This document shows, piece after piece, positions 10,482 through 20,535 of a stretch of DNA of 64,000 bases; position 1 is the stretch's first letter, and each line of letters begins with the position of its first letter. The stretch spans positions 47,384 through 111,383 of the forward strand of contig DYDB01000001.1 of the NCBI GenBank assembly GCA_020718085.1. Reading direction: 5' to 3'. Made by a program: the position numbers and the translations under genes. The notes under the pieces are model-generated. The model saw only the letters and a list, made by a program, of their open reading frames with translations. It made no database searches and was not told where the DNA came from. The stretch is from Micavibrio sp. (GTDB lineage Bacteria; Patescibacteriota; Minisyncoccia; Moranbacterales; GCA-2747515).

Positions 10482-10631
10482 ACTAGATGAAAAGTTTTTT
10501 GGACTGCCACGAATACAAGTTATCCTTGCAGAGACAAAAAGGCGTCTTCGCGAAGTCGCTTTGCGACTGTGGCGAACTAGAGAACTTACATCATTTCACA
10601 TTTTGTACGTTAAATGCACTATCGAAATTGA

Positions 10632-10790
10632 TTGACAAAATATGAAAAATATGATATAATTGCAAGTTATGTGAATAGTTGTGTATAAAGATCAAAAACG
10701 CTTCTGTGCATAAGAATTTGTGCCCACAAGCGTGATCTTTATCAAAGATCACATGAGGTTTGTAAACTTAAAAATTTAGCCAATGGAGGT
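10632..10790 (+). promoter_or_regulatory. sigma70 promoter + hairpin + boxA-like motif + SD
   Basis: TTGACA(10632)-17-TATAAT(10655); TGATCTTTATCA 10733-10744; GGAGGT 10785-10790. Confidence 0.72.
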
Positions 10791-10797
10791 TGGTGAT

Positions 10798-11787
10798 ATG
10801 AGATACTACGTTATGTATGTGTTCTGTTGTCTCGTATTGTTGTCCGGTTGTGCCGCTGGAAACCAGGGTAAGGTGCCCAGTTTTGCAATGGTGCAGGGAG
10901 AACAAGGTGTTGCTCTGCCGCATCCCGATGCGGTGGAAGATAAAAACAAGGGGGAGACGCTCGTAACATTTACGGCGATCATTCCACCAGAATTTATTGT
11001 TGAAACACGGGGAACGCTCAAATCCGTGTATCCACTGGTGGGTGCACATATGAGTGATCCGAGCAAAAAGATCGAGGACGGCTTCTGCTATATTGAGGGA
11101 AGTAAAGCACTCTACAAAAATCCGTGGGGACTTATTCCCGCGGTATGTACTGTGACTGGTACAAAGAAGCAATTCGAGAAGTACCGTTGGACAATTGTCA
11201 ATCAAGATGGTGGTGTGTGGGCGACTTCGCCAACAGCAACCGCGATGATCGACGACAAGCAGTGGGACTTCATGAAATTCGAAAATGATTTCACACATCG
11301 CACGGAAGTTTTGACCAAGGTTGGTGATACTCTTTATGAGATCAACGAGTTCTGGAAGGAACGGTACCGTGAACTTGGGCAAGTTCCCAAGAACGATGTA
11401 TATGAGATCGTGATCGATCCTAAAAACCCAAAATGGCAAGCATATCGTGAGAAGCTTATCAAAGAGATGGGTTTTTCGATTGCATTGCCAAACGGTGAGC
11501 CTGTCGTGTCGACGGTTGACCGTGACAAGATGGTTGAGATCCTTGCTGAAGTACCACGTGTGACAAAATGGCAGAAGATGGTGTCACATTTGGGCGTGTC
11601 AATTGGCACGCCGGAGGTCATGGCGATCTCTGCTGCAAGCAGCATATTAAACGGCGGTATAGCTGCGTTGTTCGACAACCAGCTTTATACAAATACGGCC
11701 AGAGGTCTCGCACAGCGACGTGATTTTGCGCCGCATATGAGATTTTGGTACGATGAAGTTCAACAAGCAATGAGGAGCAGACAATGA
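10798..11787 (+). CDS. Hypothetical lipoprotein
   Basis: SD-supported ATG 10798; signal peptide ending in lipobox LLSGC. Confidence 0.8.
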   Translation: MRYYVMYVFCCLVLLSGCAAGNQGKVPSFAMVQGEQGVALPHPDAVEDKNKGETLVTFTAIIPPEFIVETRGTLKSVYPLVGAHMSDPSKKIEDGFCYIEGSKALYKNPWGLIPAVCTVTGTKKQFEKYRWTIVNQDGGVWATSPTATAMIDDKQWDFMKFENDFTHRTEVLTKVGDTLYEINEFWKERYRELGQVPKNDVYEIVIDPKNPKWQAYREKLIKEMGFSIALPNGEPVVSTVDRDKMVEILAEVPRVTKWQKMVSHLGVSIGTPEVMAISAASSILNGGIAALFDNQLYTNTARGLAQRRDFAPHMRFWYDEVQQAMRSRQ

Positions 11788-13181
11788 GAACACGAACTTT
11801 TCTATCGGCATTGTTGCTTTGTGTTGTGGGTGCTGTTAGTGCCTTCGCACAGAGCGGATCTGACACGTTGGGACTTTCTTCCAATGTTGTTTCAACACTC
11901 AACAAGTCTTCCGTATGTGCCACTGTGGTGCAGACGGGAGAGAAAATCACCTTTGCCAATGTTGGCGGGGTGAAAGTCGGCAAAACCGATAGTGGTATCT
12001 GGATGCAATTTATCGCATTCCAAGACAAACTCCCGTTCAAAGGAGCAAATGCCATTATCGCAAAAGGTGGAAACATTGAGCGCAAGGTTGTAGATGTCAT
12101 GCCCTGTGAAGGAAATGCATCAATTGCAATCGCATCAATGACCACCGAACCGGCACGCATTGCGCGACCGAATCGCCGAGTTGCGGAGGAGTTATCTGCA
12201 GCGCAAACCCAAAATGTGGGAGCGCAACGGCAGATCATGCCAAAAGCACTTCCGCAAGGCGTGGAAGAGGTTGAGCGTGAAGTTGCAAAACTTTTCCCGC
12301 AAGATGAAGTTGTAGAAGATAGTGGTCCAAAACCGGTCGTCGCTTACGATAGTAAGAACGCCGCCGGTGAAGGATCTGTCTTTGACAATCTGGACGCAAA
12401 GGTTACAGTTACACGCATGGGTTCCATGAGTGGCAGTGATCGCAAGCGTGATGGGAAAAGCATTACTGTTGAAGGTACGTATTATCAACCGGCGTGGGAT
12501 GGTAAGGGTCGCATAGGCGCCCATGCCACTTACACCAATGGCGAAAGTAATAGCAAAAACCCCGCCAATGGTCGTACAACAAATACAGATTATTGGAAGG
12601 TTGGCGCTGGTGGTGTATCTGAGTATGAGTTTGCCCCCAATACAGATTTCGTTGTAGAGGGTGATCTGCTCTATCAGGACACCAAGAGTCGTATTCCAGC
12701 AAAAAATTTCCGCTCCCATCAAACGGAGTGGCAAGCAGATCTCGATCTGTCGATTGCCAGCGATGACAATCGGAAAAATGGCTATGCCTTATTTCCGTAT
12801 TGGGAAGTCGGTGCCAGGGCAATCAAGTCATTCGGTGTGGATTATTCCGACACCAGCAATAAGAATGACTGGTATGATAACAGTCGCTACAGCGTCTACG
12901 GTAATGTGGATCTCTATGATTTCCATGCTGGAGATGTATGGCGATTCACTCCAACTGCCGGTTTGGAAGGTGGGTACATGGTTGGGAAAAGTGCTTCTTT
13001 CATAGAGCCTGGACTCAGCATCAAAACCGCCTACAAAGGCAAAGAGATCCTCGAGACGGGTGTTGACTGGCGATTCCTCTCCGGAGATAATCGTTGGAAC
13101 GCATTTGGTACGATCAGACCACTGCGCATTGGACGCATTCTGTGGGCCGAAGGCACCGCAGATTACGAATCAAAACGTTAA
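11784..13181 (+). CDS. Secreted protein with a probable C-terminal outer-membrane beta-barrel-like domain
   Basis: Signal peptide (AFA-Q); C-terminal ~260 aa of alternating-pattern strands rich in Y/W/F/G separated by polar loops; GAGGAG SD; ATGA overlap with upstream gene. Confidence 0.65.
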   Translation: MRTRTFLSALLLCVVGAVSAFAQSGSDTLGLSSNVVSTLNKSSVCATVVQTGEKITFANVGGVKVGKTDSGIWMQFIAFQDKLPFKGANAIIAKGGNIERKVVDVMPCEGNASIAIASMTTEPARIARPNRRVAEELSAAQTQNVGAQRQIMPKALPQGVEEVEREVAKLFPQDEVVEDSGPKPVVAYDSKNAAGEGSVFDNLDAKVTVTRMGSMSGSDRKRDGKSITVEGTYYQPAWDGKGRIGAHATYTNGESNSKNPANGRTTNTDYWKVGAGGVSEYEFAPNTDFVVEGDLLYQDTKSRIPAKNFRSHQTEWQADLDLSIASDDNRKNGYALFPYWEVGARAIKSFGVDYSDTSNKNDWYDNSRYSVYGNVDLYDFHAGDVWRFTPTAGLEGGYMVGKSASFIEPGLSIKTAYKGKEILETGVDWRFLSGDNRWNAFGTIRPLRIGRILWAEGTADYESKR

Positions 13182-13200
13182 GTAAAGACAAACCTCAACC

Positions 13201-13244
13201 GAAGCCGTGTAAACTTATAATAGTTTACACGGCTTCTTTCTTTT
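13201..13244 (+). terminator. Intrinsic terminator
   Basis: GAAGCCGTGTAAAC...GTTTACACGGCTTC followed by TTTCTTTT. Confidence 0.8.
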
Positions 13245-13283
13245 GTAGCGAAAAATTGATAAGATGAATGTGTGAGAGTCAAT

Positions 13284-13331
13284 TGTCATTCCCGCGTAGC
13301 CTGCCTGCCGGTAGGCAGGGTCGGAATGACA
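13284..13331. repeat. REP-like family A with micro-palindrome
   Basis: Reverse complement shares TGTCATTCCGACCCTGCCTACCGGCAGGCAGGCT with the 27140 copy. Confidence 0.8.
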
Positions 13332-13402
13332 AATGTACAGATTTTTTATCAAATTATTCCGTATCAAAAATATAAATAAGGATTTAATGTAAACCAATTA
13401 TT

Positions 13403-13942
13403 GTGAAGAAAAAAATACTTTTAATTTCAGGTACGATCTTTGCACTTGTGTGTACAATGTATGCGGTCTTTTTGATGTGTGCTGCGAGTGTGGAGTATGG
13501 GATATTTCTTATACAAGAAGAACAATCGGATCATTATATAAAGATGCATGAAAAGATAAAACGTGTGGACATGCTGATGCAAAAAGAAATACCAGCATCT
13601 CTTGTAGTGATACAGACATCCAAAAAAATTTCAAACAGTGAAAAGATCACTATTATGGAGCAATTGCGCACCCTGGAGGAAGTTGCGGCGGAAATTGAGC
13701 GGGAAACAATGTACTATGATGAAGATAATACCGTACACATGTTCTTTCCACCGGAGGGGCGTACGGTAACGTATTTTCAGGAAGCGCGTAATACGCCACT
13801 GTATATTTCTCGGTGTGTACGAAGTATGGAGCAGGCGATCTTTGCAACTACTCTTGTCAAAGATCAAAAAAACATCGTACAGGAAAACATGATGTTGCTA
13901 CAAGAAGAATTGCGACGTTTGTCAGTGATATCAAATTATTAG
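13403..13942 (+). CDS. Hypothetical membrane-anchored helical protein
   Basis: N-terminal hydrophobic segment, 179-aa ORF. Confidence 0.6.
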   Translation: MKKKILLISGTIFALVCTMYAVFLMCAASVEYGIFLIQEEQSDHYIKMHEKIKRVDMLMQKEIPASLVVIQTSKKISNSEKITIMEQLRTLEEVAAEIERETMYYDEDNTVHMFFPPEGRTVTYFQEARNTPLYISRCVRSMEQAIFATTLVKDQKNIVQENMMLLQEELRRLSVISNY

Positions 13943-13961
13943 AGAAGTATTATGTGTTATT

Positions 13962-14034
13962 CGTCTTTGCGCCTGCCCGTCCTCTGGCGGGAGGAGTTTA
14001 CGACGAAGTTTACCTGCCGGCTGGCAGGCAATCT
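13962..14034. repeat. Family B REP half interrupted by two 20-bp palindromic inserts
   Basis: CGTCTTTGCG[CCTGCCCGTCCTCTGGCGGG]AGGAGTTTACGACGAAG[TTTACCTGCCGGCTGGCAGG]CAATCT. Confidence 0.75.
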
Positions 14035-14076
14035 TGAGCAGCGATCACACACCAAGTGAGTGATTTGAATAAACGC

Positions 14077-15447
14077 CTAAAGAAGGTGTCTATTTTTAGT
14101 TGTTCCATAACAGGAAAGTGCACAAGCAACAAGTGTCCATAAAAACCACTGCACTGCAGTACCGCGCCAAATATTTGAGCTCATACCAAAACCGATTTGC
14201 GCGATAAAAAGCAAAATGATCACAAGGACGAAGAGTCGTTCGTTACTCAATGGAAGTGATCGGTAAGTTCTGATGAGGTGTACAAGTGTCATGCCCAAAA
14301 GAAATGTGAAAAGTCCAAAACCGATAAGGCCGGTTTCCTGCAGCACTTTGATCATGTCATTGTGCGTATAGGGATTGCCTGCATAATAGCCTTGTTCTTT
14401 TTCAAATATGGCAATCTCTGTTCCGGCGCCATAGCCAAATGTTGGGGAAAGTTGCCATGCGGCAATGGCATTTTTCCATTGTTGTATACGCCAGCGAATT
14501 GAGCTGTCTGCCGGAGGGTTGTAGATCTCTTCGATGCGATCATGCACGGTTTGTGATGCAAAGAACAATGCAACGGCAATGGCACATGTGATAAAAAGGA
14601 TCTTTGGTGCACGGAGGAGACTGAACAGTGCAAAAAATAATATAAAAGCAAACCATCCACCACGACTGAATGTCAAAAGCAAAATAGTGATCGTGATCAG
14701 TAAAAGTGCAATTGTGGCATTGCGATTTTGCAATTGAGCGAACTTTTCGAATGAACGATATGTGAGCAGAGCAACAATGATCAAAAGAAATGAAGCAAAC
14801 GAATTAGGGTGTTTAAATGTGCCAAAAAGACGACCTTCTGTGCCGGTGTTGTCGCTGTATCCTGTGCTTGTGGCAAGTTGAAAGATCGCAAAAATGAGAG
14901 GGAGGATCGATGCGATGATAACGGACGTGAGGATCGTTGTGCGTGCGTGCGGCATTTTTTCACAAAGTATGTATGCGCTGAAAAATGCGGCAAATATACT
15001 GATGAGTCGCAATGTTTCCTGAAATGTTGCTCCCTTGTCGATTGAATAAAATACGCTGATAGCGGAAAATAAAATGAAGAGTCCAAAAGAGACGATGAGC
15101 GGTTTGTGGGAAAGTTTGGTGTAATTTGTTATAATGAGCGCAGTGCTCATGATGATGAGCATGATGCCCAGAATTGCGGCAATATTGAGTGTAACAGTTT
15201 CGGAAAGCGAAACGGAAAAAAAACTATCCAGAAAATCTACAGATGCACGCATGGTGAGCAATGCAATAAAACCCCACAAGGGTTTGTAAAAGAAGATTGT
15301 GGTGATCAGGTAAAGTATGGCCATGCCGCCCGTGACGACAGCAGGTAAAAGAAAAGAGATGTGCAAGATCAAGATCACAACAAAACCAATGATGAGAATG
15401 ATCCCTGTTGTTTTATGTGATATGATCGAGAGATCACTGCTTTTCAT
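14077..15447 (-). CDS. O-antigen ligase/oligosaccharyltransferase (Wzy_C) family membrane protein
   Basis: Multi-TM; RLFGTFKHPN, TFSRGGW, S..WR...W, GYG.G, HND motifs. Confidence 0.88.
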   Translation of the reverse strand: MKSSDLSIISHKTTGIILIIGFVVILILHISFLLPAVVTGGMAILYLITTIFFYKPLWGFIALLTMRASVDFLDSFFSVSLSETVTLNIAAILGIMLIIMSTALIITNYTKLSHKPLIVSFGLFILFSAISVFYSIDKGATFQETLRLISIFAAFFSAYILCEKMPHARTTILTSVIIASILPLIFAIFQLATSTGYSDNTGTEGRLFGTFKHPNSFASFLLIIVALLTYRSFEKFAQLQNRNATIALLLITITILLLTFSRGGWFAFILFFALFSLLRAPKILFITCAIAVALFFASQTVHDRIEEIYNPPADSSIRWRIQQWKNAIAAWQLSPTFGYGAGTEIAIFEKEQGYYAGNPYTHNDMIKVLQETGLIGFGLFTFLLGMTLVHLIRTYRSLPLSNERLFVLVIILLFIAQIGFGMSSNIWRGTAVQWFLWTLVACALSCYGTTKNRHLL

Positions 15448-15512
15448 AGAAAAAAATTATTCCTTAGTTTTTTTGTATTGCTTTATTATAGCATGAATGA
15501 GATGATAAATAT

Positions 15513-16781
15513 ATGAAAATTTTACAAATACATAAATATTATAGTAGAAAGCGCGGTGGCGGATCAGTCTCGGCTTTTTTTGAAACCAAAGAATTACTTG
15601 AATCCATGGGGCATGAAGTGATGGTTTTTTCCATGCATGATGCGGACAATGAATATGCGCGAGAAAGTGCATTTTTTGCAGCACATTTTGATATTCGCAC
15701 CGCCAAAGGCATGTGGCAAAAAATGCGTCTTTTGCCGCGTGTTCTGTACAATCGTGAGGCGATGCAAAAATTGGATCTGTTGCTCCAAAAGAAAAAGCCG
15801 GATGTTGCACATGTGCACAACATTTATCATTATTTGACGCCGGGTATTTTTCGCGTGCTCAAGAAACATCATATCCCGATCGTCTTTAAATTATCGGATT
15901 ACCATGCAATTTGCCCAAATTATAAATTGTTCTCACATGGCAAGATTGATCATTCGTGTAAAAATGGATCATATTATAAGTTATTTTTCAATCGATCGAT
16001 CGGAAACTCATGGAGTGAGAGTTTTGTGGGCATGATCGAGGGGTATGTGAATAAGTGGTGCAAATTTTATCAAAATGTTGATGTATTTACAGCGCCGAGT
16101 GAGTTTATGCGCGACTTGTGTGTGACGTATGGCGTGCCAAAAAAGAAGATCCATATTTTGCGCAACGTATTGAATTTTCACGCATATCCTACACACACTG
16201 TACAAAAAGATCATTTTTTTCTTTATATGGGGCGCATTGCCGAAGAAAAAGGTTTACCGGTTCTGATCGCTGCAATGAAAATACTCAAGGATAAAAATGT
16301 TCTGGGTGAGTGGCGATGTGTGATTGCCGGGAAAGGACCGGAAGAAGAACGTCTGCGTTTGCTAGTGCACAGTGAAGATCTTGAAGATGTAGTAAACTTT
16401 TCGGGATTTTATCCCAAAGGAAGTCATGAATGGTTTGCACTTATGCAGAGAGCAGCTGTCGCTGTGTTACCATCTGTGTGGTATGATAATTCACCGATTG
16501 CAATTTCAGAATCCATGGCCTGTGCAACCCCTGTTATCGTCTCTGATGCTGGAGGTACGAAGGAAATGATCCAAGATGGAGAAAGTGGTTTGATATTCCA
16601 CTCTGAAGACAGTGAGGACCTTGCACAAAAAATGCAACAATTTATCGATGATCCGTCGCTATGTGATCGCATGGGTGCAGAGGCACGAGAACGTGTTTTT
16701 GTGATCAATAATGAAAAAAATTATTACACGCAGCTGATGCAAATTTATCATGCGGCCATTCACAAAAACACACATGAATAA
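15513..16781 (+). CDS. Glycosyltransferase family 4
   Basis: MKILQIHKYY..GG, PDVAHVHN, GRIAEEKG, PSVWYDNSP..ISES. Confidence 0.92.
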   Translation: MKILQIHKYYSRKRGGGSVSAFFETKELLESMGHEVMVFSMHDADNEYARESAFFAAHFDIRTAKGMWQKMRLLPRVLYNREAMQKLDLLLQKKKPDVAHVHNIYHYLTPGIFRVLKKHHIPIVFKLSDYHAICPNYKLFSHGKIDHSCKNGSYYKLFFNRSIGNSWSESFVGMIEGYVNKWCKFYQNVDVFTAPSEFMRDLCVTYGVPKKKIHILRNVLNFHAYPTHTVQKDHFFLYMGRIAEEKGLPVLIAAMKILKDKNVLGEWRCVIAGKGPEEERLRLLVHSEDLEDVVNFSGFYPKGSHEWFALMQRAAVAVLPSVWYDNSPIAISESMACATPVIVSDAGGTKEMIQDGESGLIFHSEDSEDLAQKMQQFIDDPSLCDRMGAEARERVFVINNEKNYYTQLMQIYHAAIHKNTHE

Positions 16782-16785
16782 CTTT

Positions 16786-18078
16786 ATGACAAAAAAAAAT
16801 ATACGCAAAGTCGCTGATATGGCACATCAGGTCATGATTGGCGGAAAGGCGGGGGAGCGCACAATGCGATTTGCGAAAGATCTTTCCATCACACTTTTGG
16901 GAGGATTGGGCGCTTTTGTTTTGCTATTTGTGGCAAATATTGTGGTAGCACGTGTTTTGGGGCCGGAAGAATATGGAAGATACGCTGTTTTTTTTGCGAT
17001 CGCGCAGGTCGTATCCTTGCTCTATGTACTAGAGCTTGATGTGTCTGCTCTCTATTTTCTTGCAAGTAAAGATATTCACAAGAAAGAGATCACAGCATCG
17101 ATCATGATGATGTTCGGGATCAACATTGTGGTTTTTACATTTTTGGCATGGAGTGCTTTTTATTTTTTCAATTTTACACAAGTGACACAAAATGTTCTTG
17201 TGGGTGCGTTGGGATTTGCGATCGTGCTTTCCGTGAAGCGTATGATCGATGCGTTCTTGCGTGCAGATGAACAATTTATGCATCAAGCATTTTTACGTTT
17301 AGGAGAAGGTGTGGTGGTCATTGTGACTCTGGGTGTTTTTTTAGGGTTGTTGGTGCAACGAACTTTTGTGAGCTATGCAGGTTCATTAGTTATTGGAGGT
17401 GTGATATTTTCGATCATTGGCAGTATGTACATACGACATTTTTTTACAGTCAGAGGATGGACCGCGAAACGTATGAACGATATCTTTCGATATAACATTT
17501 TTGGACTTATAAATGCGATCATCAATGGTATTGTGAAAAATGCGGATACATTAGTGATTGCCGCAGTACTTGGTACGAAAACAGCGGGTATTTATGCCAT
17601 TTATTTTACTGCATCGGTTGTGATCGGTGCACGTGTGACACAATTGTTCATCAATGTTTTTTTTCCATCGATACGTACGCATGTAGATCAGATACAGAAT
17701 GTGATCCGCAAAGTGGATCGTATGTTTGTACGCATGTTCTTGCCACTTGTATTTTGTGCAAGCTGTGGTGTTGCCGTGATCATTTTATTGTATGGTGATG
17801 CATATCCGTTCATGTGGCAGTGGATTGTGTTAGGGGGCATATATATAGCTGTGCATTTCTTTGCATCATTGTATGGATGGATCCTATCCAGCATGTCACA
17901 AAAAGGGTACAAGCAATACAACCAATCGTACATGTATGGTTTTATCGTTTATGCGGGTATTATTGCGGGAACATATTACATGCATGCATTGACGATCGTC
18001 ACGTTTTTGATCGCACTTATTTTTTATCGCATTATGGGAGGTGCTGTAGCATATTTATATGTGAAGCAAAAGATCTAG
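16786..18078 (+). CDS. Wzx-type oligosaccharide flippase
   Basis: ARVLGPEEYGRY, ~12 TM, AGIYA motif; start uncertain (16774 or 16786). Confidence 0.85.
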   Translation: MTKKNIRKVADMAHQVMIGGKAGERTMRFAKDLSITLLGGLGAFVLLFVANIVVARVLGPEEYGRYAVFFAIAQVVSLLYVLELDVSALYFLASKDIHKKEITASIMMMFGINIVVFTFLAWSAFYFFNFTQVTQNVLVGALGFAIVLSVKRMIDAFLRADEQFMHQAFLRLGEGVVVIVTLGVFLGLLVQRTFVSYAGSLVIGGVIFSIIGSMYIRHFFTVRGWTAKRMNDIFRYNIFGLINAIINGIVKNADTLVIAAVLGTKTAGIYAIYFTASVVIGARVTQLFINVFFPSIRTHVDQIQNVIRKVDRMFVRMFLPLVFCASCGVAVIILLYGDAYPFMWQWIVLGGIYIAVHFFASLYGWILSSMSQKGYKQYNQSYMYGFIVYAGIIAGTYYMHALTIVTFLIALIFYRIMGGAVAYLYVKQKI

Positions 18079-18149
18079 TTTTTGCGCACAAAATATACTA
18101 TGTGGTATAATTATTCATGTAATTAATTTTTGTTGGAAAAAACAATATT

Positions 18150-18614
18150 ATGAGAACAAAAAATACACGCAGAGGGTTTACGCTTATAGAATTGTTGATC
18201 ATTATAGCGATCATTGGTCTTTTGGCGGCAAATATTTTGGTGGCACTTTCTGCCGCAAAAGTGAAAGCAAATCGAACGGCTGCATATGCGGAGGCACGAC
18301 ACGTATTGTCAAAAATTGAGGAATGCACGCTCGCAAAAAGTCCTATGACTATTCCAAATGCAAACAATTCGGTATGTCCCGCATCGGAGAATGTAAAATG
18401 GCCTGATCTTACAAAATATGACTTTGCGTATACTGCACGTGCTTATTCGGATGGATTAGGTCAATACTATTTTTCCATCTATCGTACAGATGGTGCTGTG
18501 CCGCCAAGTGCCCATAATAATGAGATTTTCTGTTGTAAGAAAGATGGTTGTGATGTCATAACTGATTCAACACCCGGATCAGGTAATACATGTGCAACAC
18601 ATGCAGGATTTTAA
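18150..18614 (+). CDS. Type IV pilin-like protein
   Basis: Class III signal RRG|FTLIELLIIIAIIGLLA; Cys-rich C-terminus. Confidence 0.9.
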   Translation: MRTKNTRRGFTLIELLIIIAIIGLLAANILVALSAAKVKANRTAAYAEARHVLSKIEECTLAKSPMTIPNANNSVCPASENVKWPDLTKYDFAYTARAYSDGLGQYYFSIYRTDGAVPPSAHNNEIFCCKKDGCDVITDSTPGSGNTCATHAGF

Positions 18615-18641
18615 GCATTAAATAGTAACTTAAGAAAATAT

Positions 18642-18782
18642 ATGATCGAAAAATTACGTGATTTTTTAGAAGAAAAGACAAATGGGGTTATTCACACCAA
18701 TCAGGAAGTCGTATACCTCTTGGTTGTGGTCGTTCTGGCTGTTGCGCTTGTGTTCAATCTCATGTACCGCATGAGCTTGTGA
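18642..18782 (+). CDS. Small single-TM protein (46 aa)
   Basis: MIEKLRDFLEEKTNGVIHTNQEVVYLLVVVVLAVALVFNLMYRMSL*, with the A/T-rich tATG context typical of native genes; not in the ORF track. Confidence 0.6.
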   Translation: MIEKLRDFLEEKTNGVIHTNQEVVYLLVVVVLAVALVFNLMYRMSL

Positions 18783-18842
18783 TGGCATAAAGATGTCAAA
18801 AAAATAAAAACACTCCGAAGAAATGGGAGTGTTTTTATTTTT

Positions 18843-19925
18843 TTATGACGCTTGCTTGGCAAGTTTGATGCGTATGTCCTCCTCTTGCAATGTCTGTACG
18901 ATCTCCGTGATATTTCCATTTAAAATGCTTTCCATATTGCTCCAACTTTGTTTGATGCGGTGGTCTGTGATGCGATCTTGGGGAAAATTATAGGTGCGGA
19001 TCTTCTCACTGCGATCCCCTGTGCCTACTTGTGAACGTCGCGCATCGCCGATCTCTTTGGCGTATTTTTCTTCTTCAATTTGTAAGAGGCGAGAACGAAG
19101 CACTTTCATGGCTTTTGCTTTGTTTTTATGTTGAGATTTTTCATCTTGACATGAGACAACTGTGTTCGTGGGAATATGTGTGATGCGTACAGCGCTCATG
19201 GTTGTATTTACACTTTGTCCGCCCGGTCCGGATGAGGCAAAAGTATCAATGCGCAGATCTTTGTCATTGATCTCGATCTCCACTTCTTCTGCTTCAGGGA
19301 GTACGGCAACTGTGGCAGTTGATGTGTGAATGCGTCCCTGTTTTTCTGTCTCCGGAATGCGTTGAACGCGGTGCACACCGGATTCATATTTCATGAGCTT
19401 GAAAACGGATGGTGTGCCGGCAGGTGCTTCAATTTCAAATATGACCTCCTTATAACCGCCAACGCCTGTGACATTGGAATGCATAATTGATGTTTTCCAG
19501 CCATTGAGTTCGGCAAATCGTACGTACATGCGAAAGAGATCCGTGGCAAATAGGCCGGATTCATCACCGCCTGCACCGGCGCGAATTTCAACAATGGCAT
19601 TTTTTGCATCGTGAGGATCTGCCGGCAAGAGAAGGACCTCCAATTCTTTTTCCAATGCAACGCTCTTCTGTGAAAGTATAACATTGTCCTCCACGGCCAT
19701 TTGTGTGATTTCGGGATCTGTTTCTGTATTGATGATTGCGGCATTGTCTTGCATCGATGCCAACACATGTTCAAACTCGTCGATCTTGGCGATGACGGTA
19801 TTCATTTCAGCTTGTTTTTTGCTCAATTCGATCATGCGTTTTGGATCTTGCGCAAGTGAAGGATCATTGAGAGCGATGCTGATGTCGTGATATTCTTTTT
19901 TGACTTTAGCAATAATGTCTTGCAT
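18843..19925 (-). CDS. prfA: Peptide chain release factor 1
   Basis: [12 protein letters not shown] (PxT), [17 protein letters not shown]. Confidence 0.97.
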   Translation of the reverse strand: MQDIIAKVKKEYHDISIALNDPSLAQDPKRMIELSKKQAEMNTVIAKIDEFEHVLASMQDNAAIINTETDPEITQMAVEDNVILSQKSVALEKELEVLLLPADPHDAKNAIVEIRAGAGGDESGLFATDLFRMYVRFAELNGWKTSIMHSNVTGVGGYKEVIFEIEAPAGTPSVFKLMKYESGVHRVQRIPETEKQGRIHTSTATVAVLPEAEEVEIEINDKDLRIDTFASSGPGGQSVNTTMSAVRITHIPTNTVVSCQDEKSQHKNKAKAMKVLRSRLLQIEEEKYAKEIGDARRSQVGTGDRSEKIRTYNFPQDRITDHRIKQSWSNMESILNGNITEIVQTLQEEDIRIKLAKQAS

Positions 19926-20026
19926 AAAATTTTGTATCAGATGTTATGTCTACTATAAGGCAGAATGAATATGCCGTCAAAAACAAAAACATCATGCATA
20001 AAACATGATGTTCTCGTATATCGTCG

Positions 20027-20317
20027 TTAAGCAGCAGCTTTTTCTTTTTTCTTGGTCTTTGCCACTTTTTTTACAGCTTTGTCTTTGACTGTTTTGCGAG
20101 TAGCTTGTGCTTTCTGTGATTTTTCCAAAAGTTTTTTGAAACGGTCAACACGTCCGGTCGCATCAACAATTTTTTGTTTGCCGGTATAGATCGGGTGGCA
20201 TTGAGAGCATGTTTCAATGGAAATATTCTCTTTTGTGCCTCCAATTGTGAATATCGCACCACAAGAACAAGTTGCTGTTGTTTGTGTGTGATACTGCGGA
20301 TGAATCTCTTTTTTCAT
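20027..20317 (-). CDS. rpmE: 50S ribosomal protein L31
   Basis: MKKEIHPQY, CSCG, CSQCHPIYTG, GRVDRF. Confidence 0.96.
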   Translation of the reverse strand: MKKEIHPQYHTQTTATCSCGAIFTIGGTKENISIETCSQCHPIYTGKQKIVDATGRVDRFKKLLEKSQKAQATRKTVKDKAVKKVAKTKKKEKAAA

Positions 20318-20535
20318 ATACGTATATCAAGTGGTTACATGTATGTTATGATACTCCACGCATCCTAACACAAGAAATGGTAATTGACAAGGGTTGAATA
20401 GTGCGTTACAATTTATGCGTTAATTTATCAAGCATATATTTCCATGTAACCCATTCCTGTCGACAGGATTTTTATATCTCTGTTGATACGGGTTGTATAG
20501 GCGGGGTATATGTGTAATTTGTAAGGAAAAACCCT

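Noticed and set aside
10447-10635. 62-aa ORF
   Set aside because: It runs through REP repeats, has no start signals and does not look protein-like.
18642-18782. Flp pilin identity for the 46-aa ORF
   Set aside because: It lacks the G-x4-EY processing motif; kept only as a generic microprotein.
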